In this document: positions 51,064 to 61,052 of the stretch, piece by piece
How the letters are laid out: each line of letters opens with the position of its first letter
Numbering within the stretch: the stretch's first letter is position 1
Origin: Bacilli bacterium
GTDB taxonomy: Bacteria > Bacillota_I > Bacilli_A > RFN20 > CAG-826
Assembly: GCA_040396875.1 (NCBI GenBank)
Contig: JBBAWZ010000001.1
Span: 39,384-103,383 of the forward strand
Length of the DNA stretch: 64,000 bases
Direction: 5' to 3'
Program-made: the position numbers and the translations under genes
Notes under the pieces: model-generated
Seen by the model: only the letters and a program-made list of their open reading frames with translations
The model's database searches: none
Told to the model about the DNA's origin: nothing

Positions 51064-51579
51064 ATGAAGGTCATAACGCTTGATTCTATTGATTCAACCA
51101 ATAATTTCATTAAATTAAATATCAAATCTCTTCCACATTTAAGCATCGTAAGGGCTCGTTATCAAACTGCGGGTCGTGGTCAATTGGCACGTCAATGGAT
51201 GAGCAATCCCAATGAGAATATCCTTGTGTCTTTTTTATTTAAAACCTTTAAAAAATCAGCGACACCTCAATCCATTGAAAAAATCGCTATCACAAGTTGT
51301 CAAAATTTCCTCTTAAAGTATGGTGCTAAAGCATCTCATAAATTACCAAATGATTTATTAGTGGATGGTAAAAAAGTTGCTGGAATGCTTATTGAAACCA
51401 AACATATTGATGCATCATTAGAGTATGTGATTTTAGGAATTGGTATCAATATCAATCAAAAGAATTTTACAGGTTTACCTAACGCCACTTCCTTAACACT
51501 GATCACCAACAAAGTCTTTGAGATTGATGAAATTTTCACCTCATTCCTTAAGGAATGTCGTGCTTTTGAAACCCTTTAA
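51064..51579 (+). CDS. birA: biotin--[acetyl-CoA-carboxylase] ligase, minimal catalytic-core form (171 aa)
   Basis: BPL motif QTAGRGQLARQWMS and the KKVAGMLIE lysine region. It has no N-terminal HTH and a very short C-terminus. Confidence 0.7.
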   Translation: MKVITLDSIDSTNNFIKLNIKSLPHLSIVRARYQTAGRGQLARQWMSNPNENILVSFLFKTFKKSATPQSIEKIAITSCQNFLLKYGAKASHKLPNDLLVDGKKVAGMLIETKHIDASLEYVILGIGININQKNFTGLPNATSLTLITNKVFEIDEIFTSFLKECRAFETL

Positions 51580-51616
51580 TCGTGATAAAATAAAGTAGTT
51601 AAAGGAGCATTTCACT

Positions 51617-52645
51617 ATGTTACATGTCGGTATTATCGGTTTAGGAAGAATGGGCGAAAATATGTCGAGACGATTAATTCAAAAAGGTTTTAAAACCTAT
51701 GGATATCGAACCTCGATTGATAAGTTAAAAGAACAAGAAAAATTGGGTTATATTTCCCATGCAAGTATGGATTTACCAAGTTTAGTGAAGGCTGTTAAAG
51801 CAAAGCAAAAACGTGGCATTTTCCAATTGGTTGTACCCGCTCAAACGGTTGAAGAAACCATACAAACCTTAATGCCGTTATTAAGTCCTGGTGATATTTT
51901 AATCGACCATGGTAACTCCAATTTTAAAGATTCTCGTCGCCGTGCTTTAACACTCAAAGCTAAAGGTATTGATTATTTAGATTGTGGTACATCTGGCGGT
52001 GTCTATGGATTAGAACGTGGTTATTGCTTGATGGTTGGTGGTGACAAGTCAGCAGTTGATTTTTGTGCGCCTATTTTTGAAACGTTATCGCCTCATATCG
52101 AAGGGGCGCCAAGACTACTGCCAAATTTACCAGAAACACCTGCAGAACATGGTTGGCTCCACTGTGGTCCAGCTGGTGCTGGTCATTTCGTCAAAATGGT
52201 TCATAACGGTATTGAATATGGCATCATGCAAGCTTATGCAGAAGGTTTTAATATTTTAAAACAAGCAAATCTTGGAAGTAATTTTATTAATAAAGGCGAT
52301 GCGGAAGTTGCACCGATGTCTGATCCAGAAAATTATCAGTACACCATTAATGTTCCTGAAGTTGCAGAGTTGTGGAGACGTGGTTCGGTGATTGGATCTT
52401 GGTTATTAGATTTAACCGCGGAAGTATTGAAAAAAGATTCAACCTTAAATCAATTTGTTGGCGGTGTTTCTGACTCGGGTGAAGGTCGCTGGACGGTCAA
52501 TGCTGCTGTTGACTTAGGTGTCCCTGCTCCTGTTTTGTCAAACGCTTTATTTGCCCGATTTGAAAGTCGAAATCAAGGTGATTTTGCTCGTCGTATTTTA
52601 AATGGTATGCGTTATATGTTTGGGGGACATCATGTCCGAAAATAA
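51617..52645 (+). CDS. short-form 6-phosphogluconate dehydrogenase (decarboxylating), Gnd-like/YqeC-type
   Basis: NAD(P)-binding GIIGLGRMGENM. 6PGDH signature GPAGAGHFVKMVHNGIEYGIMQ. Confidence 0.75.
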   Translation: MLHVGIIGLGRMGENMSRRLIQKGFKTYGYRTSIDKLKEQEKLGYISHASMDLPSLVKAVKAKQKRGIFQLVVPAQTVEETIQTLMPLLSPGDILIDHGNSNFKDSRRRALTLKAKGIDYLDCGTSGGVYGLERGYCLMVGGDKSAVDFCAPIFETLSPHIEGAPRLLPNLPETPAEHGWLHCGPAGAGHFVKMVHNGIEYGIMQAYAEGFNILKQANLGSNFINKGDAEVAPMSDPENYQYTINVPEVAELWRRGSVIGSWLLDLTAEVLKKDSTLNQFVGGVSDSGEGRWTVNAAVDLGVPAPVLSNALFARFESRNQGDFARRILNGMRYMFGGHHVRK

Positions 52646-53915
52646 CGTTTTAGTTATTTTTGGTTCTACGGGTGATTTAACCTATCAAAAGCTTCTTCCT
52701 GCCTTAGCCGACTTGCTTAAACGTAAACCGAATCTCTTAAAAAAAATCCTGCTGATTGGTCGTCAAGGAAACACATTAGAAGCTTATCTACAATATGGTT
52801 TAGATCGAGGTTTAGATCTCGCCTCTATTCAATCGATTGTGCCATTACTTCAATATGTTTACTTGCAAGCAACTGAATCCAAAGAATACACCCAATTAAA
52901 ACCATTATTAAAACCCTATGATGGTCGCTTTTTTTACCTAGCAACTCCTCCCACTATGTTTCACCTAATTACTGAAAACCTACATCAACATGGATTAATT
53001 GAAAAAACAAACCATCATCATCGTTGTGCTTATGAAAAACCATTTGGTGAAAATTCCTCAACGGCACAAGTCCTTAATCAACTCCTTCACGAATCGCTAG
53101 ATGAAAAACAAATCTATCGAGTTGATCATTACTTGGCAAAACCCTTAATCCAACAGTTAATTAAACTTCGGATGCAATGGGCCACTGTCGGGATGGAAGA
53201 ATATTGGCAATCATCCAACATCAAACTGATTGAAATACTCGCATATGAATCGGTTGGTATTTTATCGCGTGGGAAATTTTACGATGCTACTGGTGCACTG
53301 AAGGATATGATTCAAAGTCATTTACTTGAAACCCTAGCCTTATTAATGATGGAATTACCAAAAAGAATTGATGATGTAGATGCCATTCAAGTTTCGAAGA
53401 TTCATTTTTTGAAGAGTTTAAATCCAGTGATGCATGAAATAGTATTTGGTCAGTACGATGGCTATCTTCAAGAACCAAATGTCAATCCTTCCTCCGTCAC
53501 CGAAACGTATGTATCTTTACCTTTACGGTCTCAGTTAACCCGTTGGAAAGATACCTCGATTAGAATTCAAACTGGAAAAAAATTAGAAGAGAAGAGAACC
53601 CAAATTATTATTCATTGGCGTACGGGTGGAACCTTAATATTTAACATTTCACCAAGCGTTAATGTCGAGTTTACATCAACTTGGTTTTCAACCTTACCAA
53701 TAATCTTACAAAAGCACTTATCAGCATTAAGTCATCATCCATTCGCCAAACACGATGCTTATGCAAATGTATTTTCAGACTTCATTCTTGGTAACCAAAC
53801 TTTGTTTCCTTCCAATAATGAAATTTTAGCCACTTGGTCATTAATTGATCAAGTGAAACAAACACCGATTTTACCCAAGCGTTATCTCAAAAATAAGGAT
53901 TTGATGAAAGGATAA
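52632..53915 (+). CDS. zwf: glucose-6-phosphate 1-dehydrogenase
   Basis: G6PD motifs GSTGDLT, EKPFG and RVDHYLAKP. Overlaps the gnd-like 3' end by 14 nt. Confidence 0.85.
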   Translation: MSENNVLVIFGSTGDLTYQKLLPALADLLKRKPNLLKKILLIGRQGNTLEAYLQYGLDRGLDLASIQSIVPLLQYVYLQATESKEYTQLKPLLKPYDGRFFYLATPPTMFHLITENLHQHGLIEKTNHHHRCAYEKPFGENSSTAQVLNQLLHESLDEKQIYRVDHYLAKPLIQQLIKLRMQWATVGMEEYWQSSNIKLIEILAYESVGILSRGKFYDATGALKDMIQSHLLETLALLMMELPKRIDDVDAIQVSKIHFLKSLNPVMHEIVFGQYDGYLQEPNVNPSSVTETYVSLPLRSQLTRWKDTSIRIQTGKKLEEKRTQIIIHWRTGGTLIFNISPSVNVEFTSTWFSTLPIILQKHLSALSHHPFAKHDAYANVFSDFILGNQTLFPSNNEILATWSLIDQVKQTPILPKRYLKNKDLMKG

Positions 53916-53921
53916 ATAGCA

Positions 53922-54542
53922 ATGAAGTATTATGATATTTCTTTACCGATTCAACCCGGCATGATGGTCTATAAAAATAAACCAGAAAAACAACCAACAC
54001 TTGAAATCCAAGATCAATTATCAAAAGGTGGAAGTTTTGAAACAACCATCAAATTTAATTTACATACAGGCACACATATGGATTTTCCAAAACATATGCA
54101 ATCAAAGGGTTCCACTTCCACAGACTTCAAACCGGAACGTTTAATCTCAAAAGTTCGAATTATTGATTGTGGTCAAGCATTGATCATTGATGCCAAATTA
54201 TTAAAACTTCATCAATTAAAGGCAAATGAATTCATTATTTTCAAGACACTCAGTAGTGAATCACCAACGTTTTTGTCGGCATTTCCATACTTATCCGCAG
54301 ATGGTGCTGCTTACTGCGTTCAATCCAAACTCGTAGGAATTGGTATTGACAGCCTAGGGATTGAGCGAGATCAAGTTCAACATGAAACGCATCATCTATT
54401 AATGAACGCTGGAATCCTGATCTTAGAAGGTTTGCGATTAAAAGATATACAACCTGGATATTATCAAATGATAGCCTTACCTCTTTCAATTCCAAATGTG
54501 GATGCTTTACCTGTTCGTGCCTTACTCGTGAGTGAAAAATGA
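53922..54542 (+). CDS. cyclase-family metal-dependent hydrolase (kynurenine-formamidase-like)
   Basis: HTGTHMDFPKH motif (HxGTHxDxPxH) of the PF04199-type cyclase/arylformamidase family. Confidence 0.65.
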   Translation: MKYYDISLPIQPGMMVYKNKPEKQPTLEIQDQLSKGGSFETTIKFNLHTGTHMDFPKHMQSKGSTSTDFKPERLISKVRIIDCGQALIIDAKLLKLHQLKANEFIIFKTLSSESPTFLSAFPYLSADGAAYCVQSKLVGIGIDSLGIERDQVQHETHHLLMNAGILILEGLRLKDIQPGYYQMIALPLSIPNVDALPVRALLVSEK

Positions 54543-55480
54543 AAGATCTAAAACAATTGAAATTTTTATTGATGGGTACACCCGAGCTTGCGCGGGACGT
54601 GTTTCAAGCTATCCTTCAAGAAGGTTATAAAATTGTTGGAGTTGTCTGTCAACCGGATACTTTAACGGGTCGCGACAAAATTGTCACAAAACCTCCAACG
54701 AAAATCTGGGCAGAAGCAAATCAAATTCCAGTTTTTCAACCAGAAAAAATAAAAGAAGAAAACCAATTTCTAAATCAACTTGATGTTGATTTCATTTTAA
54801 CCCTTGCCTATGGTCAAATTGTTCCACAAATCGTGCTTGATAAACCAAGATTTGGGGCCTTTAATTTTCATGGCAGCCTATTACCAAAATACCGAGGCGC
54901 ATCGCCTATTCGATACGCTCTAATCAATCAAGAAAAGGAAACTGGAATGACTTTGATGAAAATGGTCATGGCAATGGATGCAGGACCGATTTATGCGATG
55001 AAGCGATTACCGATCTTGCCAGATGATAATTATTCATCTCTTTTACAAAGGTTTTCAGCATTTACTTCTCAATTTGCAATCCAAGTTCTTCCACGATTAT
55101 GCCGTGGTGAATTATCACCAATTACGCAAATAGAGAAGGATGTAACGTTTGCACCTTTAATCAAAAAAGAAGATGAACATCTCAACCTTTCTTTACCGAT
55201 AGATTCACTCATCGGTTGGATTAAAGGTTTGGCAGATATCCCTGGGGGATATTTCAATTATCAAGATAAAAAATTAAAAGTTTTTCAAGCTTTGATTTTG
55301 AATCGAACACAAATTCATCCTGTCGGTACCATTTTAAAAGCTGATCACGAAGGTCTCTATGTACAAGTCCATGGTGGCGTCCTCAATTTATTACAAGTAC
55401 AAATCGAAGGAAAAGGAAAAATGCTCGGCACTATTTTTGGTAACGGGCATCGACAATTACAAGGTCAAAAACTCACGTAA
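54539..55480 (+). CDS. fmt: methionyl-tRNA formyltransferase
   Basis: Formyl-transferase N-domain (NFHGSLLPKYRGASPI) plus C-terminal domain. Confidence 0.9.
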   Translation: MKDLKQLKFLLMGTPELARDVFQAILQEGYKIVGVVCQPDTLTGRDKIVTKPPTKIWAEANQIPVFQPEKIKEENQFLNQLDVDFILTLAYGQIVPQIVLDKPRFGAFNFHGSLLPKYRGASPIRYALINQEKETGMTLMKMVMAMDAGPIYAMKRLPILPDDNYSSLLQRFSAFTSQFAIQVLPRLCRGELSPITQIEKDVTFAPLIKKEDEHLNLSLPIDSLIGWIKGLADIPGGYFNYQDKKLKVFQALILNRTQIHPVGTILKADHEGLYVQVHGGVLNLLQVQIEGKGKMLGTIFGNGHRQLQGQKLT

Positions 55481-55482
55481 AC

Positions 55483-57804
55483 ATGGAGTTATTATTATCC
55501 GTCCATGACATCGTAGATTTTGTTTTAAGAACAGGCGATTTAGATAATCGAATTTTTAATCGTTCCACCATGCAAACAGGAACAGACATGCATCAACGTT
55601 ATCAACAAAGCGTCAATATTCCGGGTTATCATCGGGAAATGTCTTTACAAGGAACGTATTCATTTAAGGCCCTGACGTTTGTGATCAATGGAAAAGCGGA
55701 TGGTTTATATGAACGCGATGACACCGTCGTCATTGAAGAAATAAAGACCACCATTGCCGACTTAAAAAGTTTTCATCAACAGCATGAAACTTGGCATATG
55801 ATGCAAGCCTTGTTTTACGGTCATATGTATGCAAAACAGTATCACAAAGATAAAATCCAAGTGAAATTAATCTACATGCATCAAGTAGAAGAGGATCGTT
55901 TAGAAAAGGTCTATGACTTTACCGTTGAAGAAGCGCAAAGAGATTTACAAGCTGTTGTCGATGAATATGGAAGTTTCTATCAAACCATCCTTGAGCAACA
56001 ATCAGCACTAAAAAAGACACTTCCTCAATTACAATTTCCATTTAAAACCTTCCGGAAAGGTCAGCGAGATTTAGCGAAGTATGTATATGGTGTTAGTCAA
56101 AAAGGTGGCCGCCTATTTGTAGAAGCACCCACTGGTATCGGTAAAACAATGTCAACGCTATTTCCAATGATTAAAGGACTTTTTACCCATCATGAAAAAG
56201 TATTTTATTTCACAGCAAAAAATTCAGGAAAAATGGCAGCAGTTGAAGCCTTGGAACGATTACGTTCACAGGGGGTTCCGATTCGCTATGTTGTGATTAC
56301 TGCTAAAGAAAAAATCAGTTTTTGTCCGAAAGGAAAAATTAATCCTGATGATTGCCTATATGCTCGTGGTTACTATGACAAAATCAAAGATGTTTTGTTA
56401 GAAGGCTTATCAACCTATCAGGCTTTTACACCTTCAACGATTGAAGCTCTTGCCGAGAAGCATAAAATAGAACCTTTTGAATTAAGTCTTGATCTATCCT
56501 TGTATGTGGATGTCGTAATCGCAGATTATAACTATCTTTTTGATCCAAACGCTTATTTAAGACGCTTTTTTGAAGATGTTCGCTATCCCTATGCTGTTTT
56601 GATCGATGAAGCTCATAATTTAGTCGAACGAAGTAGAGACATGTATTCTGCAACCTTAAATGATCAACTCTTTACGCAACTAGAAACAAGCACCAAAAAG
56701 GGTACTTCCAAAGTCTTTAAGGCCCGGGTCCAAAGACTTGTGAAACAATGGAATCAATTGATGATTAATGTCAAAGAGCCAGCTTTAATAAAAGTTGAAG
56801 CATCCTTTATCAATCAACTTGATAAATTCATAACAGAAGCACAATTAGAAATGAGAACCAAGCGTAAATCCTTGAGTGATGAAGCCATGGATAGTTATTT
56901 TAAAATTCTTCGTTTTTTTAGACTTCGAGAGTTAGAAGGTGATCATTATCGAGATTGGGGCATTGAAGAAAATGGCGATAAGATACTCCGTTATGAATGC
57001 CTTGATGCATCGGGGTATTTACAATCCATCACGAACAGGTTGCATGCGGTTGTGTTTTTCTCTGCAACCTTAACGCCTATGGATTATTTTTTACCAATGT
57101 TGGGAGCAAAAACCGAGGATCCGCGAATTTCTCTATCTTCACCTTTTCAGAAAGAAAACTTTAAAGTCCTGATCACCAGTAAGGTTTCAACGACTTTAAA
57201 AACTCGAGATAAGACGTATCTTGAGGTGGCACTTTACCTTGAAAAACTTATTGAAAATAAAATAGGAAATTATTTGATTTTTTTCCCATCTTATCCATAT
57301 TTAAAAGCTGTTCAAACCCATCTTCAAATCAAAGGTCAAACAAGCATCATTGCTCAAACCAAGGAAATGACGATTGAAGAACGCGAAGCCTTTTTAAATC
57401 AATTTACTTTTCAACCCCAAGAAACCACCGTTGGTTTGGCAGTCTTGGGTGGCGTTTTTTCAGAAGGTATTGATTTAGTAGGCGATCGTTTGATCGGTGT
57501 CGGAATTGTGGGCGTGGGATTACCTCAACTTTCTTTTGCCCGAGATTTAATTTCTAACTATCATCAAAATAAAGGTCGAGATGGTTTTACCTTTGGTTAT
57601 GTTTACCCTGCCATCAATAAAGTCTTACAGGCGATGGGACGCGTGATTCGGTCAGAAACAGACCGAGGTATCGCTTTATTAATTGATGAACGCTTCCTCA
57701 GAGAGGAATACGGTGCAATTCAAGACCGTTACCCCCAATATGAAGTCATACACTCTCCAGATGAATTAGAAGATGCCCTAGCGACTTTTTTTGATAAAGA
57801 TTAG
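55483..57804 (+). CDS. fusion protein: N-terminal RecB/Cas4-like PD-(D/E)XK nuclease domain plus C-terminal Rad3/DinG-family SF2 helicase
   Basis: Nuclease motifs in the first ~190 aa: GTDMHQRY, GKADGLYERDDTVVIEEIKTT (D...ExK), QALFYGHMY (QxxxY). Helicase motifs: I EAPTGIGKT, II LIDEAHNL, V FSEGIDLVGD, VI QAMGRVIRSETDRGIALLIDERF. Only 2 Cys fall where Rad3/DinG has its 4-Cys FeS domain. Confidence 0.7.
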   Translation: MELLLSVHDIVDFVLRTGDLDNRIFNRSTMQTGTDMHQRYQQSVNIPGYHREMSLQGTYSFKALTFVINGKADGLYERDDTVVIEEIKTTIADLKSFHQQHETWHMMQALFYGHMYAKQYHKDKIQVKLIYMHQVEEDRLEKVYDFTVEEAQRDLQAVVDEYGSFYQTILEQQSALKKTLPQLQFPFKTFRKGQRDLAKYVYGVSQKGGRLFVEAPTGIGKTMSTLFPMIKGLFTHHEKVFYFTAKNSGKMAAVEALERLRSQGVPIRYVVITAKEKISFCPKGKINPDDCLYARGYYDKIKDVLLEGLSTYQAFTPSTIEALAEKHKIEPFELSLDLSLYVDVVIADYNYLFDPNAYLRRFFEDVRYPYAVLIDEAHNLVERSRDMYSATLNDQLFTQLETSTKKGTSKVFKARVQRLVKQWNQLMINVKEPALIKVEASFINQLDKFITEAQLEMRTKRKSLSDEAMDSYFKILRFFRLRELEGDHYRDWGIEENGDKILRYECLDASGYLQSITNRLHAVVFFSATLTPMDYFLPMLGAKTEDPRISLSSPFQKENFKVLITSKVSTTLKTRDKTYLEVALYLEKLIENKIGNYLIFFPSYPYLKAVQTHLQIKGQTSIIAQTKEMTIEEREAFLNQFTFQPQETTVGLAVLGGVFSEGIDLVGDRLIGVGIVGVGLPQLSFARDLISNYHQNKGRDGFTFGYVYPAINKVLQAMGRVIRSETDRGIALLIDERFLREEYGAIQDRYPQYEVIHSPDELEDALATFFDKD

Positions 57805-57846
57805 TAGCAAAATACCCATTTTATCGGTATGATAATAACGTGATTT

Positions 57847-59652
57847 ATGGCTTACGATATTAAAAAAATTAGAAACTTCTCCATCATCGCCCATATTGAC
57901 CATGGGAAATCCACATTGGCGGATCGAATTTTAGAATTGACAGGTGCCGTCAGTAAGCGTGAGATGAAAGAACAACTTCTCGATTCAATGGATTTAGAAA
58001 GAGAACGTGGTATCACTATTAAACTTACCACCGTGACCTTGCAATATAAAGCTAAAGACGGTCAAGAATATACCTTTAACCTGATTGACACCCCAGGACA
58101 CGTAGACTTTACGTATGAAGTTTCGCGTTCACTTGCAGCATGTGAGGGCGCATTATTAGTTGTGGATGCTTCGCAAGGTGTCGAAGCTCAAACTCTCGCC
58201 AATGTATACTTAGCAGTCGACAATAACTTATGGATTATTCCTTTGATTAACAAAGTGGATCTACCCCAATCCGATCCTGCAAAAGTCAAAGCTGAAATTA
58301 AAAAAAGAATTGGATTAGATGCTGATGATGCGCTTGAAATTAGTGGTAAAACTGGTAAAAACGTTCTTGAAGTTTTAGAAAAAATCATCAAAGAAATTCC
58401 TCATCCGGAAGGCGCATATGATGCCCCTTTAAAAGCCCTAATTTTTGATTCTTTCTATGATTCATATCGTGGCGTTGTAGCCTTAATTCGCATTAAAGAA
58501 GGGCACGTCAAAGTTGGGGATTATATCCAATTAATGGCCTCTGGTCATGTTTACCAAGTTACAGAGTTAGGAATTTTTAGACCCCAACAAGAAAAACGTC
58601 CTGAATTAGCTTCAGGAGAAGTTGGTTATTTAGCTGCTCAAATCAAAGAAATTAAAGACGTTCGATCAGGCGAAACGATTACATTACGTGACCATCCAGC
58701 ATTGGCAGCATTACCTGGTTATCGCGATTTAAATCCCATGGTATTCTGTGGGCTATTTCCAGTGGATGGAAAAGAATACACTGATTTAAAGGATGCTTTA
58801 AGCAAGCTTTCATTAAGTGATGCAAGTTTAAAGTTTGAACCGGAAACTTCTCAAGCTTTAGGTTTTGGTTATCGTTGTGGTTTTTTAGGATTACTGCATA
58901 TGGATGTCATTCAAGAACGATTAGAACGCGAATACAATCTAAACTTAATTTTAACAGCCCCAAGTGTTGTCTATCATGTGCATATGCATAATGGCGATGT
59001 TATTTTATTGGACAATCCTAATAAGCTTCCACATTTAACCTTGATTAAAGAAATTGCAGAACCCTACGTAAAGGCCACCATTACAACTCCAAAAGAATAT
59101 GTTGGTGTATTGATGGAATTATGCAAGAATCGCCGTGGAATTTATAATGAATTAGAATATGTAGACGAAACGAGAATGACTTTGAGATACGAAATCCCTT
59201 TGGCGGAAATTGTCTACAACTTTTTTGACAAGTTAAAAAGTTTATCAAAAGGATACGCTTCGTTTGATTATCAACTTTCAGACTATAAAGTTGGCAATTT
59301 AGCCAAAATGGATATATTGCTCAATAGTGAGACGATTGATGCTTTGTCGACCATTGTTCATAAACCTTCTGCCTATGCCCGCGGTAACTTTATTGTTGAA
59401 AAATTAAAGGATATTATTCCTCGGCAACAATTCGAAATTCCAGTCCAAGCAGCGATTAATGGAAAGGTCATTGCCCGTACCGATATCAAGGCCGTTCGTA
59501 AAGACGTCCTTGCCAAATGCTATGGAGGAGATATTTCAAGAAAACGTAAACTTCTCGATAAACAAAAAGAGGGTAAGAAACGAATGAAAAACATCGGTTC
59601 TGTTGAAGTTCCTCAAGAAGCGTTTATGTCTGTTTTATCGATCGATGATTGA
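57847..59652 (+). CDS. lepA: elongation factor 4
   Basis: Full-length LepA ([18 protein letters not shown], LepA C-terminal domain). Confidence 0.95.
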   Translation: MAYDIKKIRNFSIIAHIDHGKSTLADRILELTGAVSKREMKEQLLDSMDLERERGITIKLTTVTLQYKAKDGQEYTFNLIDTPGHVDFTYEVSRSLAACEGALLVVDASQGVEAQTLANVYLAVDNNLWIIPLINKVDLPQSDPAKVKAEIKKRIGLDADDALEISGKTGKNVLEVLEKIIKEIPHPEGAYDAPLKALIFDSFYDSYRGVVALIRIKEGHVKVGDYIQLMASGHVYQVTELGIFRPQQEKRPELASGEVGYLAAQIKEIKDVRSGETITLRDHPALAALPGYRDLNPMVFCGLFPVDGKEYTDLKDALSKLSLSDASLKFEPETSQALGFGYRCGFLGLLHMDVIQERLEREYNLNLILTAPSVVYHVHMHNGDVILLDNPNKLPHLTLIKEIAEPYVKATITTPKEYVGVLMELCKNRRGIYNELEYVDETRMTLRYEIPLAEIVYNFFDKLKSLSKGYASFDYQLSDYKVGNLAKMDILLNSETIDALSTIVHKPSAYARGNFIVEKLKDIIPRQQFEIPVQAAINGKVIARTDIKAVRKDVLAKCYGGDISRKRKLLDKQKEGKKRMKNIGSVEVPQEAFMSVLSIDD

Positions 59653-59676
59653 CCTTAAACAATTGCTACTAAATTT

Positions 59677-59706
59677 CTACTATTTCTAGTAGGATTGTGG
59701 TATATT
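59677..59706 (+). promoter_or_regulatory. perfect palindrome CTACTA-TTTC-TAGTAG (59677-59692) abutting an extended -10 TGGTATATT (59698-59706)
   Basis: Could be the lepA terminator or an operator over the -35 region of the downstream inserted gene. Read directly from the sequence. Confidence 0.4.
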
Positions 59707-59720
59707 TTTACCAGTAAATT

Positions 59721-61052
59721 ATGCCAATCAATGACTTAGCCATCCGGTTTACGGATGATCATTACGCTACGAAACAAGACGTGGCCAAACAATTAGGAAC
59801 TGCTGTGGTGGACGCCCTTTGGGGTACAATCGTCCAGTATCGTTCAAACTTTGCAAGAATATTACCTTTGCAGGCCATGGACAAGCAATCCTTACAAATT
59901 GTTTTAACTCCTTCTTTATTAGAAAAATCTATCGCGTTTGATCGTAAAATGGCCAAAGCTGTTAGTTTGTTTAATTACCATCAAATACAAAATCAATTAC
60001 ATCCCCATTTTCAAAAGTTATTTTTTCCGATACTGACCACCGTTGGTAAACAATATGGTGCCTCAACCGCGGAACGAAATTTAACTTACATTATTGAGGA
60101 AAAACCCGTTGATCGAAAAGCTGAATTATCTTCAGTGAATGCTTACTATCAATCACTAAAATTAATTGCCAATCGTCGTCAAACCAAATTGGATGAAGAT
60201 TTAATGGGTGAATTATTAATGTTATTAACCAACACCCAAGAATTAAACATGTTTTATCGAGAAAAAGATTTAACAAATCGACCACGGAGTTTGGTTGCAC
60301 GTGTTTATGAAGCTGCACCCTATCCGATGATTGAACCGATGATGCAGGCGTTATTAAATACCATCAAACAATTAACGCTCTCTCCCATCATTGTTGCCAC
60401 CATTGCTCTTTACTACTTAGATTACATCAAGCCATTTGAAGTTTTTAATGATGAATTAAGCTTTTTATTATTTAAAAATGTATTGGTTCATAGTGATTAT
60501 GAGTCTGTTCCTTGTTATTTAAATATTGAACAAATGATGGAAAATGAACAATATGAAAAACGCATGTTGGAAGTACAACGGTCAGGTGACATTACCTATC
60601 TTTTGGATTTTATTCTCCCCTTTATGCATGCCAGTATTGACCAGCTTCTTGATCAACTCGTGACCATTCAAAAACAAAATTTAATCAATGAACAAAAGTC
60701 GATATCTACGACGGCAATAACCCTACCTACACCGGCACCTTTACCAAAAGATACTGCCCCATTTGCAGTAAGCGAATCTACGGTAGGTGAAGTTGAAGCA
60801 AATCGATTACAACAACATTTATTAGAAACCCATCCTAGCATGAAAAAAGGTGAGGCCTTTTTCTATTCTAGACACCATTCACTTGGAAAATACTACACAC
60901 TAGCCCAATATAAAAAATTATTAGATTGCGCTTATGAAACTGCTCGAACTTCAATGGAACATTTAGTGAAATTAGGGTATTATCGTAAAGAGAAATATAA
61001 GAACAAATACGTTTATACAACTGTAGATCTCAAAGGAGTAAGTCATGATTAA
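59721..61052 (+). CDS. hypothetical protein with a Fic-like core carrying a degenerate active-site motif, plus a C-terminal winged-helix-like region
   Basis: Segment IALYYLDYIKPFEVFNDELSFLLFKNVLVHSDY lines up with the Fic pattern hHyxFxxIHPFxDGNGRxxRLL, but the catalytic residues are replaced (H to K; DGNGR to VFNDE). The C-terminal 90 aa are helix-turn-helix-like and K/Y-rich. Confidence 0.45.
   Translation: MPINDLAIRFTDDHYATKQDVAKQLGTAVVDALWGTIVQYRSNFARILPLQAMDKQSLQIVLTPSLLEKSIAFDRKMAKAVSLFNYHQIQNQLHPHFQKLFFPILTTVGKQYGASTAERNLTYIIEEKPVDRKAELSSVNAYYQSLKLIANRRQTKLDEDLMGELLMLLTNTQELNMFYREKDLTNRPRSLVARVYEAAPYPMIEPMMQALLNTIKQLTLSPIIVATIALYYLDYIKPFEVFNDELSFLLFKNVLVHSDYESVPCYLNIEQMMENEQYEKRMLEVQRSGDITYLLDFILPFMHASIDQLLDQLVTIQKQNLINEQKSISTTAITLPTPAPLPKDTAPFAVSESTVGEVEANRLQQHLLETHPSMKKGEAFFYSRHHSLGKYYTLAQYKKLLDCAYETARTSMEHLVKLGYYRKEKYKNKYVYTTVDLKGVSHD

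Noticed and set aside
56300-56420. FeS-cluster domain in the Rad3/DinG-like helicase
   Set aside because: Only two cysteines (FCPKG...DDC) are present where four are required, so I cannot claim an FeS cluster.
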